In this document: in pieces, positions 46,278 to 63,710 of the stretch
Layout: every line of letters starts with the position of its first letter
Position numbering within the stretch: the stretch's first letter is position 1
DNA from: Hyaloraphidium curvatum SAG 235-1
Lineage: Eukaryota > Fungi > Monoblepharomycota
NCBI GenBank assembly: GCA_025558095.1
Contig: JAIVFI010000019.1
Coordinates: 310,001-374,000, forward strand
Direction of reading: 5' to 3'
DNA: 64,000 bases
The notes under the pieces: model-generated
What the model saw: only the letters and a program-made list of their open reading frames with translations
Database searches by the model: none
Told to the model about the DNA's origin: nothing
Program-made: the position numbers and the translations under genes

Positions 46278-49200
46278 TCAAGTGAAAGTAAGAGTGCCCG
46301 CCCGGTAGGCGATGTGTTTGCTGGTCACGAGGCTTGCCGTGTTGTCCCAAACAAACGTGTATACTCCAGTTTTCCCCTGAAGCGACGTCAGCTGAAAAGC
46401 GGGCGAGATTAAAAGTGCACGCACCGTTATGAGGAGGCTGCCGCTGATCGTGCCCTTCTGGGAATTGCACTTCACGGAAGGTACGACAACGATGTGTCTG
46501 CTTGGCAACACCGGCGCCGTCCCATGCGCAGACAACGATGTCAGGAGCGGAGCATTCGGTGCTTCTGCTGCTCCAACGAGTGACGATCCCGAAACGCCGG
46601 GGCCCCAGCTTTGGGACCGCATGACTGGATTATCGTCGCCCAAAATGGGTGACGGCGCCGGCTGAAGGACGGGGGATACGCCCCCTGGCTCCTTCTCCGA
46701 CAGCAAGGGAGAGCTCGGTGGGGTGCTGGTTTCCGGAAATGCAACACCGAGGTGCTCCAAGGACGGTTCCGACGAGCCGGCCCGCGCCGCATGGAAAGCG
46801 TCCGGATCCACGGGGGTGAAGACGATTTTGAAGAAGATGTCGTAACCGCCCGTCGAAAACTCCCACTGAAGGAACGTTTGGCCGCGGTCCGGATTCTGCG
46901 ACGGGGAGGAAGACCCGTGCCGAGAGAGGCGCTCGATCTCTTCGGTGTAGAAGAGCTGGGCGCGGAATGCCGTTCGCGTCCGCACCACGACAGCCGAACT
47001 CATCTCCTGCGAAAAATGCGGTCGCGGGATCTGTGGGCTGGAGATAACCCTGATAGGTTGCAGCTTGACCTTGTAAGACAGGATCTTGTCCGTCTTGCGG
47101 GAGTAGGCATTGTCCCTGCGTGAGTGCACCGTGAGCACTTCAGGCGCCCGAACGAGGCGCGTCGTAGCTCACCACAAGGCAATGAAAGTACCGGCCGGGA
47201 AGCCAGACATGGCAATGCGACCTCGCACGGCCTTCGTCATCGCGAACACGGGACTGAGGGGAATGACCGCTTTCGCGCCGGTTTCCAGATCCGTGTCTTG
47301 AAGTGCGCGGAGGAATCGATCGTCCATAGCTCCGAGGCTCGCTGCCGACATGCGCTTGCCCGCCGAGGGCTTGAAAAGAAGCGCGAAGTTGACGGCGTCG
47401 GGGGCCTTGACTTTGAACTCCCAGGCCAGCTCGGTAGCTGTGGTGAAGTCGCCGTTGTACGTCACATCCAAACGCGCCCCTTGCTTGACCGTGATCAGGA
47501 AATCCTGAAACGGGATCTTCTTGATGTCCAGCGACTGGACAGCTTTCTCGCTGCCTGCCTCCTCCAGGTTTGACATAGAATCCGGCAAACGCGCGGCGGA
47601 CGACATCGGGTCGTCCAACTGTCCCCCGGGCGGCTCCGTCGACACCACAGAGCGAGTTTCCGCACCATCCCCGTCATCGTTCTGACTGTAGATGCTCACG
47701 GTCTCCACCTCGTCGGGCGGACGCACTTTCTCCGCTGCCCTTCTAAGTAGACGGGTGACGCGCGAGCGCCTCAGCGCCTCCTTCGGCAGACCATGACCGC
47801 CCTCCTCCTCCTCGTAGTCCACTTCGCCGGATCCGTCGTCGTCGCTGTCCGCGTCGTCGAACATGACCGCGTGGGCGCTCGACGAGTCCGTCTGCCTCGG
47901 CGCCTTCGCATCGACACCAAAAGACGAGGGTATCACGGCTCCCGCGGCGACAGCATTCCCGATGGTGCTCGACTGGGCCGAAGATTTGCCAGCCCACCAA
48001 GCGTAGGCCTTCTTCCCAGCCCCCGACGCCAGACTCTTGAGCTTTTCGATCCGCTGGCCCTTCTCCGGCGCCGACAGCTTCCCTTCGTCCTCGCCGACAT
48101 GGGATTGGCGGAGCCGACTCAGCCGGCGATTTGACGGCGTCGGAGAACCGTCCTCCCCGGTCTCTTCGGCCGGAAGAGAAGAAAGCGAGGCCAGCTCCTC
48201 GATGCTGATCTTCAGCTGGCGGCAGACATCCCACGAACTTTCGAGCCTGGCGGGGTCGGAGACTCAGCTACAGCCGTGGGAGCCTTCTCGAGCCGACTCA
48301 CCGCTGAATGCTTTTGCTGCTGTACTGAGTCAGCATTGTGACGACGCACGCTTGAAGGTCGTCGGGAATTGACTCCACAAGGTACCCGTAGAGATGGACT
48401 CGCAGCGTATCTTCGAGCGGATGTCCAGCATCGCCCTTGACAGCCGCTTTCTCCTTCTCTCCTCCCGCAGGGGAACTCGTCCGGCCCATCAGTGCGGGCA
48501 ACCTAGAGGAAGCAGGGGCATTGGGCGCAGCCGGAGGTGCGCCAGTAGACTTGATTGAAGTGGACGAGGAAGATGAGTTGAGATTCTGCGGACGAGCAGG
48601 CGCCGTCGTATCCGAAATGAAGAGAGTGGGCGCGGGAGCAGGAGACGCAGCGCTGGCCGTCGACACTACAGAGGAAGAGCTGATCGACGCCGGCCTGGAG
48701 GAGGCGGAGCCGGCCTTGTTCCGAGGCGGAAGCGGTGGCGGTGCCGGGTCGTCCCCTCCGGTATTGGTCGGCTCACGCTGCTGAGCAAGTCTGCGCAAAG
48801 TCTCGGCAAGTTCGCTGTCCTCTGGAGATTGCTCCGCCCAGTCTTCCGGCTCATCGGCGAGGACCACTCTGTCCTGCAGAACAGCGCCGGTGTCGGCCGC
48901 ACCATCGGCGTACGTTTCCGTGCCACTAGAGGAAGAAGAAGGAGGCTCCAGCTCTTCGGGAATAGACGTCTGAATCATTGTGTCCAAGGCGTCCGCATAG
49001 CCTTGCGGTGCTTCGTCCGATGTGATGGCTGCAATCGAACGGAACACGACAAGCCAAGCCCAAGACTTCGCGGTGCCGGAAACCGCACCAGCCTCCGGAT
49101 CGCCGCTGAGATCCACGCGCTTCCGTTTCATTTCGAACACCCGGATAAGCCTGTCGGCGGCGGGCGTCTTGCCGAAACGGTACTTGTAGAACCACACGGT

Positions 49201-51007
49201 AGCATTCTCGTCGAAACGCTTGATCTCAATTGCTCCGGAGAACGAGTCCGAAATGAGGCGCTGGTGCTCTGGTTTCGACAGGATCTGCCGCATAATGAGC
49301 CGTGGCCAAACAAAGTTGCGGCAAGAAAACACACCTGAAACACCCTCTCCGGATCCACAGCGACGCGGAAAGTAGTGCGGTTGAACTCACTCGCCGTCAA
49401 GGCAGAACCAGCCACGGTGCCGGGAAGCAGAATCTTCTTCCGCTGCTGAACGATGCCGTCCTTGGCCTTCACGGTCTTCCAGGCCTCGAGACCCTTCCCC
49501 GCAACCTTTGTGTCTTCCTTAGCGAGCTGCAGGAAGAGCGAGCTCAGCCGAGTTTGCAGGTGCTCCACGTTGTCCGATTTGACCACGACATCCACCGGGA
49601 ACACAGCATCCGCGAGCACATCGGGTATCGATCCGGAAGAAGCCACAGCCCGCTTCGTCGGCTGCGCCGGGGATTTCTGGCTCGGTTGGCCGGGCAAGGC
49701 GGTCCCCGCCGCGTTGACGGCGAGATTCGTCAGCTTTCCGCTCGTCCAAACGTGGGCCGAAGGTTTCCCATCCACCATCTCCCGAACGACCCCAACGAAC
49801 TTGGGAATATCGATCTGGTTGCGCGGTGTGGTGTCAGAATTAGAAGCCAAAGGGACGATGGAGCGGTAGCGTACCGGATCAGTAACCTTTCGGTTGATCA
49901 TGGGCAGCTCCAGATTCCGCCAAGCGGGGTAGGTCCTGCAAACCAGTTATCGGCGTGAAGGGGTGCGCTAACCCAGAACGACGCACCAGAAATCGGAGAA
50001 CAGCTTCGAAACCTTGGAATTCAAGTACTTGGTGAGCGTCTCCTTGAGGTACTCGCTGTCCTTCAAGTACAGCCCCGAAACAACTTCGAAAGTGGCGTTT
50101 GGATCCTCGGCGAACGTGAGGTCCATCTGCAAGGGATCAACCCGCGACGGAACGCGGAGCCTTAGCTGCACGACCGCTCAACGTTAGCTAACGGTTCCGC
50201 AGGTGCGAGCCGAGAAACTTGCCCGGCCGGCCAGTCCGGTCAGCTTGACGACCACGGGGATGGTTATTCCGCCAGTGGCAAGGGTCACTTCGATCCCAAC
50301 GGTCAGACCGCCCTTGTAAGTCGTGTCCAGCTCCAGGGTCTGGCAATGCAGGAGTTAGCAAGTGCGCGTTCTGTCGTTGAGCCACATACAATCTCGGCGC
50401 GGTCCGAATGGTACTTGAGCACGCGAGCGCCGTGGAACATGGGAGGATTGACCCCGAAATCAAAGTCGGTGAACGTGAGGGAGCTCTGCGGAGTCCGGAA
50501 TCAGAGAAGGTCGCCGTGAAGCCTCCGGGAGACACCGACGATCATGGAGAGAGACTCCATCCGGTGAGCCAACTTCTCCAGAACCTTGAGTTTCCACCGC
50601 GCCTTGAGTAGCTCCGACCGGCGCAGCTCAAGGAAGTAACGGTGAACGTAGACGTTCATAAAGAAACACGTCTCGGTCGGGCTCGCGTCCACCATGCCCC
50701 TGGCCGCGGCCTCCACGTTCCCGCTCGGCAGAGTGGCCTTCTTGAGCCAGGCGACGACATTCTCGGGAAACTGCTCCGCTGCCGGCGGCGCGGTGCCGGG
50801 GGGCGCAGCTTCCTCTGAACGTGACCTCACGACCGCCGACTTGGCTCCCAGCCCGGACGGCCCCAGCAGCAGCCGCCGGACAACGACAAACTCCAAGACC
50901 AAGACCAGAATGGCGCCGAACCAAACGCCCCGGATGAAGAAGTAGAACCCTCGGCAGTCCCAGAACACGGAGTCCGGAATGCAAGATCCGCCGTCGAGGG
51001 GCGACAT
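46278..51007 (-). CDS. TM-anchored SMP-domain (PDZD8-like) protein with START-like and two GOLD domains
   Basis: TM GVWFGAILVLVLEFVVV; SMP ETCFFMNVYVHRYFLELRRS..WKLK; START-like WKTVKAKDGI..VDPERVFQIL..EIKRFDENATVWFYKY; GOLD LAWEF..LWDNAYS..KILSYKV and LQWEFST..YDIFF..GVYTFVWDNTAS. Confidence 0.8.
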
Positions 51008-51185
51008 GTCCGCGCACGCCGTCCGGACCAATGCAGTACCGGTCCAGCTCAGGCTACCTCAGTCGATATCCTGCGGTGGCGCGGAGCGCCTGACCGGCAT
51101 GGCCGCCGGAGTTTCGGTGTGTGCCACGCGACGCGCCGATCAACAGCATCAGATCTCTATCACAGGCGCTGACATCACTGCTTGC

Positions 51186-52462
51186 ATGCTGCTGCGCCGG
51201 CTGGGGCGGCAGCACCTGGCCACCGTGTTCAGAATGGCCGAAGCTACGATCGCATCATCATCTGCCAGCGCCGCGGTTCCTGTCTGGATGCCGTCCGCTT
51301 GGTCGTCGCTGGGCGTCCTCCCGGACGAGCTTCGACTGGACACGACCCTGAAATGCGGGCAATCTTTCCGCTGGAAAGAAACGCGGCCAATGGAATGGTC
51401 GGAATGTTATTTTTCGTTCTCGACGGCGATCTGATGGTGCGACGATGTCCGCAGGACCAACGTTCTCGGAGACGAGCTCATCACATTGAAACAGACCGGT
51501 GGGTAGGAGAGAGCTGCGTTGCGATCCGTAGCTTACCCATCATGTTACACGATTGACCAGACGACGACGTACTGTTCAGATACTACGGGACCGCTGTGAC
51601 TGGAGGCGGTGAACCCGTTCCGGAGGACGTCGCGGGAAACGAGGCCGATGCGAAGACAGAGGCCGTCCGGGATCTGCTATCGGACTACTTCCAACTGGGC
51701 GTCAGTCTCAAGGAACTTTACAAGGAGTGGTCCGAAGCGGACCCCAACTTCCGGAGCAAGGCGTCCCTCGCGTTCCGGGGCATCCGCGTCATGCGGCAAG
51801 ACCCCGTGGAGAACCTCATAACGTTCATATGCACGTCGAACAACAACATTGCGCGCATCACCATGATGGTCAACAATCTTTGCGCCAAGTACGGAATGCC
51901 TCTTGCCGTGGCCGGTGACTTGGATCCCCATGAGGTCTTCTACCGGTTTCCGACACTGGAAGCTCTATCGCACGAGTCCCTCGAGGACGAGTTGCGAGAG
52001 CTGGGTTTCGGCTACCGCGCCAAGTTCATCTCGCAGGCGGCGCGGAAGCTGTGCGCGGACCACCCCCTCGACCCCCGCGCCCACCTGCTGTCGCTGCGCA
52101 CGGCCACGTACGAGGAGGCGCATGCCGAGCTTTTGAAGCTGGCCGGCGTGGGGCCCAAAGTCGCGGACTGCATCGCTCTGATGTCGCTGGACAAGAAGGA
52201 CGCCATCCCGGTCGACACGCATGTTTGGCAGATCGGAGTTCGGGACTATGGCCTCCTTGGGGTGAACACCAAGAGCATGACCGACAAGTCGTACAAGCTC
52301 ATTGGCGATCACTTCCGGAAGTTGTTCGGAAGCACTGCCGGCTGGGCGCACTCGGTGCTCTTCACCGCGGACCTGAAGGCGTTCAGCGACCGCACCGGGG
52401 AGTCACAGGCAGCAACGCCCCGGAAGAAGAGGAAGAAAGCTGCAGCAGAATCAGATGTATAG
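51186..52462 (+). CDS. OGG1: 8-oxoguanine DNA glycosylase
   Basis: ELRLDTTLKCGQSFRW, GIRVMRQDPVENLITFICTSNNNI, LGFGYRAK, GVGPKVADCIALM, PVDTHVWQI, AGWAHSVLF. In-frame ATGs at 51186 and 51234. Confidence 0.96.
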
Positions 52463-52542
52463 TGAAATCAACACATGACCAATCACGAGATCTACATGGT
52501 ACTGGGATCGGGTATCTCAAAGCGTTCACCCACGTAGCCTGA

Positions 52543-57055
<4,513 letters not shown>

Positions 57056-57434
57056 CGCGTCGGAGATGAAGGGGGCGCAAAGGGGGCTCCTCGGGAGGTT
57101 GCGTCCGACTCAAAGCAGTCCGCGCCTTCCAGAAACCACTCCGGAGCGTCTGGCTAGTGCTCCTGCCCACCCAGCGAGGGCAGCGGCGCGGGGACGCGGG
57201 TCCCCGGACTGCCGAAGGCCCCAGGCGGCGCCTTTTCTGGCAGAAAAGGGCGATGGGTCTTCCAAGCTCCCGGAAAAGCACTCTGAAAGGGAGTCCTGTC
57301 CGCGCGTCCAGGGGCGGGCTGGGAGTGGGGGAAAGGGAGAGTTGGTTGACTGGGCGCCGCCCGAGCAGGCGAGCCCGTCTTCGGAGCGAAGTGAAGGCCA
57401 CCCCCCAAAAACCGGCAAAGTCATTACTGAAAAC

Positions 57435-58517
57435 TCAAGCGTACATGACCCAAATGGTGTCCTTCTCGGCCCCGGGCTGAAGGCTCATGTCCTCTTCCAA
57501 GGCCGCGAACCCGCCCGTGCTCGCGATGCGCCCCAATCGGAACTTGCGCACCTCGCGATCACCGCCATCTTTTCCTTTCTGCTTCAGGCCCAGTCTTTTG
57601 CAGGTCACGGGGTCCGCGCATATCATCCTGTGGAGGCGACGGGTGAGCCCTGGGCGGCCCGATCGGGAAGCGGCAACGGCGCACGCAGACCTCGTGAGCT
57701 CCGCAACATTGACATCGCTTTGGACAGTCAGGGTCGCCGATTCGAGAGTGGGCTCAGATTTGGGCACCCGGGGAAATGCCGCCGCGAGGAGCTGCGCCTC
57801 GGCCGCCTCCGCGTCCTCCCCGACAACAAAGGGCGAGATGCCCGGCGAGCCGAGCTCCGCGGTCGGCCTCCACACTTTGAGCACGACCGTGACGGTTTCA
57901 ATTTGCGCCGTTCCGCGCCGTTGCGTGGGCGATGCCGGGTGCAGGGCCTGAGCAGCCTCGCGGAGCACTTCCAGCACCTTGAGCGATGCCGGGGAGCCTT
58001 CCTCGACCTCGTCTTCAGAAGCGTCGTCCGAGTAGATTTCGTCGAATGTCTCGTTGGATAAATCGTCGACCGTGTCGGCTTCTTCGGCGAGCTTCGACAG
58101 CTCCATAGCTGCGATAGCTTTCTGCCCTCCCTTCTCGGCCCACACGATGCCCCGCATGGCCTGCAGCGAGTCCGCAGTGAGCCGGGAACGGCTCTCCGAG
58201 ACCACTGCGCGGCCGACTATCTTGGTCGATGCGATCAAGTTCTCTGCAGCGAGCGAGCGAAAGTGAACGACCTGCGCCGCCAGGATCTTCGCGGTGGCCG
58301 TATCGCCCCGCTCCACCGCCTTGCGGACCTGCACCATGAGCTCCTTTTCCCTCTGCATGATTTCCGCCCGTGAGCGGGACATGTCCACGGCGACCCTGTT
58401 GGCGTTCCGGCGGGCGATGCGGAGCCGCTTCCGCTGCTGCTCCATGCGCTCGTCCACGAATTTGGGCTTATCGTCCGAGCTCGAAGCAAACCGCTTCATC
58501 GCCTCCAGGAACTTCAT
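57435..58517 (-). CDS. ESCRT-III (CHMP2/CHMP3-like) N-terminus fused to a possible ubiquitin-like C-terminal domain
   Basis: Intronless, 360 aa. QREKELMVQVRKAVERGDTATAKILAAQVVHFR fits the Vps2/Vps24 helix pattern; beta-rich C-terminus. Confidence 0.65.
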   Translation of the reverse strand: MKFLEAMKRFASSSDDKPKFVDERMEQQRKRLRIARRNANRVAVDMSRSRAEIMQREKELMVQVRKAVERGDTATAKILAAQVVHFRSLAAENLIASTKIVGRAVVSESRSRLTADSLQAMRGIVWAEKGGQKAIAAMELSKLAEEADTVDDLSNETFDEIYSDDASEDEVEEGSPASLKVLEVLREAAQALHPASPTQRRGTAQIETVTVVLKVWRPTAELGSPGISPFVVGEDAEAAEAQLLAAAFPRVPKSEPTLESATLTVQSDVNVAELTRSACAVAASRSGRPGLTRRLHRMICADPVTCKRLGLKQKGKDGGDREVRKFRLGRIASTGGFAALEEDMSLQPGAEKDTIWVMYA

Positions 58518-58604
58518 CGTGCGTGTGGGCGATCGAGATTGGCGAGGCTTGTTTGGACGGAGCGGCCGCCGGAGCGCGCAAGCGCGTGAGACCCCTCTCC
58601 AGCA

Positions 58605-61501
58605 ATGGACGACGACGACCCCTGGGGCGTTCCTTCGTCCCCGGCGAGGCGCCCGGGCGCATCATTGCTGCCAGAACTGGACACTGAGGCCAACGGAGCG
58701 GCCTCCGACGCGTCGCCGTCCGACCAGAAGACGCTCGCGCGAGACAGGGCGTTCTCGTCCGCCGCGCCCGAGCCGCGCTCCGCCGAGGACGTGCGGCTTT
58801 TCCCTCAAAATTACGGCGATGGCCGAATGGAACCCGCGTCCCCGCGATCTCCGGACTCGGGACGAAGGAACACGCTTCTCTCGGAGAACGAGGTCGCGCA
58901 CTTGCTGTCCGCGGAGCAGGCTCCTCCTTCCGTACCGGGCATCTACCGGGGCTCGCGCAATCCGGATCCCGATAATTACGACCCACATAGCGTAGAATGG
59001 TCCCAGGAGAGCACGGGCCGCCGCGTCGCCTACGAGAACTTCACCACGATCGATTGGATCCACGACTTTGCCAAAGGTGCGATCGCGCTGAAATGGAAGG
59101 CAACCGTCCCGTTGTACCGACCGCGCTTGGCTGTGCCCAGAACGCGTGCGGATACGCAAGCTCAGATCACGCGACGGCCTGGGTGCTGCGCTGGTCCGAC
59201 TGTGGGACGGCGCCCAGGCGTGGATCGTCGTCTGCCTCGTCGGGGTCACCGCCGGCTTTGTCGCGGCGTGGATCGACATTGTTTCCGAGTGGCTTTCGGA
59301 CCTGAAGGAGGGATTTTGCACCGAGGGATTCTACCTCAACCGCCATTTCTGCTGCTGGCACTCGACGCGTGGGTCGTGACGATCGTCCAACCGTTGTCGC
59401 ACGTTGATTTGTGTCCGCACGCCAGCGGAAGAGGTGTGCCGCGACTGGCGGCCGTGGGGCGAGGCGTTCGGTGCCGTCTCGTCGACGGCCGTGTGGTGGG
59501 CCGACTACTTCATGTACGTCCTGTTTGCCTGCCTCTTTGCGGTTGTCGCCGCGCTGCTGGTCAAGGTCTATGCTCCATACGCCGCGGGTTCGGGTATTGC
59601 TGGTTGGTGGTCTGGTCCGGCACCCGGCCCCCCTCTGCAGCTCACCCACTCTTACCAGAGGTCAAGACGATCCTCAGCGGCTTCGTCATCCGCAAATTCC
59701 TCGGCGGCTGGACGTTGCTGATCAAATGCATCGGCCTGGCTCTGTCGACGGCTTCGGGGCTGTCGCTGGGCAAGGAAGGCCCGCTTGTCCATGTGGGGTG
59801 CTGCATTGGCAACATTATTGCCCGGATGTTCCCCAAGTACAACCGGAACGAGGCGAAAAAGCGCGAGATCCTCTCCGCTGCGGCAGCGGCGGGAGTCTCG
59901 GTCGCCTTCGGCTCGCCCATCGGAGGAGTGCTCTTTTCCCTCGAGGAAGTCAGCTACTACTTCCCCATGAAGACTCTCTGGCGCTCGTTCCTCTGCGCCA
60001 TGGTGGCCGCCATCTCCCTCCAGCTCATGAACCCTTTCCGCTCGGGCAAACTCGTCCTGTTCCAGGTCACGTACAAGCGCGACTGGCACACGTTCGAGCT
60101 CCCCTTCTTCGTGCTTCTCGGGGCCATCGGCGGGCTGTTTGGCGCCTTCTTCATTCGGATGAACCTCAAGGTCGTCGCCTTCCGCAAGACGACGTGGCTC
60201 AAGAACTACCAGGTGCAGGAGGTCTTTGTCGTCTCGCTCGTGACGGCGGCGATCGGCTTCTCCATCCTGTTCCTCAAGGTCAACATGGGAGCGCTGCTGG
60301 GCAACCTCTTCCGGGAGTGCGAAGAGATCGAGGAGGAGTTCATGTGGCTTTGCCAGAGGGACCGCTTCGTCCCCGTGGTCGTGCTCCTCCTCGTCTCGTT
60401 CGTCGTGCGGATCTTCCTCACCGTCTTCACCTTTGGCATCCGCGTGCCGGCCGGCATTTTCGTTCCCTCCATGGCCATCGGAGCCTGTGCGGGCCGCGCA
60501 CTGGGGATCATGATCCAGATGTGGCAGGAGGCGAACCCCGGCTTCTGGCTGTTTTCGGCGTGCAAACCTGACACACAGTGCGTCACTCCCGGGACGTACG
60601 CCATGGTCGGCGCAGCTGCGGCGCTGGCGGGGATCACGCGGATGACGGTGGCGCTGACCGTCATCATGTTTGAGCTCACTGGGGCTCTGACCTACGGTGG
60701 GTGCCATGCATGAGGGCTCGCGGCACCCGCTGACGCACCGCACTCCAGTGCTTCCGATAATGATCACCGTCATGGTCAGCAAGTGGACTGGGGACGCGTT
60801 CGGCAAGCAGAGCATCTACGACGGGCTCATCAACCTGAACGGGTACCCGTACCTGGACAACAAGAACGAGTACTTCCATTCCACGCTCATTTCCCAGGTC
60901 ATGACGACGACACGGGACCTGGAGATCATCACCGCCACGGGCCACACGGTGGACACGCTGGACGAGCTGCTGCAGTCAACGGACTTCAAGGGCTTTCCGG
61001 TCGTGAACAGCGCGACGGAGATGATGCTGATCGGCTACGCGGGCCGGGCCGAGCTGCGGTACGCGCTGGACCAGGCCCGGAAACGCTCCGACGTCACGGG
61101 CGAGACGCCGTGCTACTTCACCGAGGAGCCTCCTCCATCGCACGACTCGGCGGAGCCCTACTGCGACCTGAGGCCGTGGACCGACCTGACGCCGTTCACG
61201 TGCGGACCGCGGTTTCCCATGGAGCTGGTTATGGAGCTCTTCCGGAAGATGGGGCTCAAGTACATTGTCGTCACCAAAACGGGCGTGCTGCAGGGCCTGC
61301 TCACGAAGAAGGTGCGGCGTGCAGGACACCGGTGGACCGACGTGCGGCTGATTGTGCGCCCCGCTGCAGGATCTCCTTCGCCATCTGGCCGTGACGTCGT
61401 CCCCCGATCTCTCCTTGGACCCCCTCCTTCGCCTGGGCGAGGCGGCCGATCTCGAGCGCCGCCTTGGCGGCCAGGCGGGCTGGGTCCGTGCGCCCGGATG
61501 A
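58605..61501 (+). CDS. GEF1: CLC chloride/proton exchanger (Gef1/ClC-3-like) with CBS domains
   Basis: YENFTTIDWI, AAGSGIAEVKTIL, SLGKEGPLVH, GGVLFSLEEVS, PAGIFVPSM, VIMFELTG, C-terminal CBS pair. Confidence 0.95.
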
Positions 61502-61711
61502 TTAGATTCTGATATATACGCATCTGGTGAATGCTGTATTGATCTGAGCTGCTGCTCCGCGCGGGCATCTCCACCGTTTTGGTGGCCGGTGGCACTGTTC
61601 CGCGGCCCGGGCGGAGTCCCTTTTCTGATCGCACCGCGGTTGTCCCTCGCCCGGTTCATTTGCCGGGCCACCGGGCGCTGACCCACCTTCCAACGCGAAG
61701 CGTGGGCAGCG

Positions 61712-63474
61712 ATGGGGCTCGTGAGTGTTTTCTCCTCGCATCGGCGTCGTCGGATTGTCCGGAGAGCTGACCAGCGACCACCGCGTCGCTTTGTTGACCA
61801 GCGGTTCCATCCCTCCGTCGACGAGGTCCGGCGCCTCGTCGCCAAGGGAAACACGATCCCGGTCTATGCCGAGATTGCCGCGGACCTGCTGACCCCGGTC
61901 TCGGCGTACCTGAAGCTCTCCAAGAGCTCGGAGTACTCGTTCCTGCTGGAGTCGGTCGCGGGCGGGGAGAAGATTGGGCGGTACTCGTTCCTCGGAGCAT
62001 GTGCGTACGGCCTGATGCGTTCCTGCGCGTGCTGGAACGGGGACTCACCGTGATGGTTGCGCAGTCCCGCAGAAGGTGGTCAAGTGCGGACCAAAGGAAG
62101 CTGTCAAGGGCGACCCGCTCACGTTCCTGGAGAAGGAGCTGTCTGACTTCAAGTACGTTCCGGTGCCCGGCGTTCCCAAGTACTCTGGTAGGCTCCGCCG
62201 GCGTTCTCGTGGCCGTTGCATCGAGCATTCACGCGGTTTCGCGTCCAGGCGGTGCCATCGGCTACGTGGCCTACGACTGCGTCCAGTACTTTGAACCCAG
62301 GACGAAGCGCGATCTGAAGGATGTGCTCGAGATCCCGGACGCGGTTTTCATGTTCTGCGACACCGTGGTGGTCTTTGACCACCTCCGTCACACCATGACG
62401 GTCGTGTCGCACTTCAAGGCCGAGAGCCCTGACATGTTCGCGATGGAGATCGACGAGGAGTACTCGCGCGCCACGGCCGAGATAGCTCGCATCATCGAGC
62501 TCTTCAGCCACGACGAGGTGCCGGTGCCGGTGCAGCCCGAGATCATCCTCGGCCAGAAGGCCGTCTCCAACGTCGGTCAGGTCGGCTACGAGGGTTTCGT
62601 CAAGAAGCTCAAGCACCACATCAACGAGGGCGACATCATCCAGGCCGTTCCGGCCCAGAGGCTGGCCCGCCGCACCACCCTACACCCGTTCAACGCGTAC
62701 AGGCAGCTCCGGAGCGTGAATCCCTCTCCGTACATGTTCTACGTGGACCTGAAGGATTTTCAGCTCGTGGGAGCCTCGCCGGAAATGCTCGTCAAGGTCG
62801 ACGATGGCATCGTGACCACGCACCCGATCGCGGGCACGCGGAGGCGGGGCAAGACGCCCGAGGAGGATGAGCGGCTCGCGCAGGAGCTGCTCGCCGACAT
62901 CAAGGAGAGGGCCGAGCACATCATGCTGGTCGATCTCGGGCGCAACGACGTCAACCGCATCTGCGAGCCGGCGACGGTCAAGGTTGATTCGCTCATGCAC
63001 ATCGAGCGGTACAGCCACGTCATGCACATCGTCAGCCACGTGAGCGGGAGGCTTCGCGCCGACAAAACGGGATACGACGCCTTCAGGTCGATCTTTCCCG
63101 CGGGAACCGTCAGCGGTGCACCCAAGGTCAGGGCCATGGAGCTCATTTACGAGTGCGAGAAGGAAAAGCGCGGCATCTACGCCGGATCCGTCGGGTTCTT
63201 CGACTACGCCGGCAACATCGACACCTGCATCGCGATTCGGACGATGCTTTTCAAGGACGGGTTTGCGTACCTGCAAGCCGGAGGAGGAATCGTGTACGAT
63301 TCAGAACCGACCCTCGAGTTCGAGGAGACCGAACACAAGCTCAGGTCGAACGTGACGACCTTGGAGCTCGCCGAGAAGTACCACCACACACTGCAACAAC
63401 AACAACCCAAGCGACTGGAAGAAACCCTGTTTGCACCCGTATCTGAGCAGCCTATCACCAACGGCGCGCTGTGA
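61712..63474 (+). CDS. TRP2: Anthranilate synthase component I
   Basis: [91 protein letters not shown]; three introns. Confidence 0.96.
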
Positions 63475-63710
63475 TTTCAAGCGGAAATCCCACGCAGTGC
63501 GCTCCTCCGAACGAATCGGACGAGAGCGCCAACGACAACCTATCAGCAACGGAAACACAACTTCGGCATTTGACGCGCGAAAAGCCAGCAGCGCTGCGCC
63601 ACGTGCCACACACGCGAACTCACACAGCTTCCCACGGCGGGAACAACCCATCAAGCCTAAAGGGGCATCCCTTCTCCTCCTTTATCTCTACATCCTCTGG
63701 TCGAATCAAA

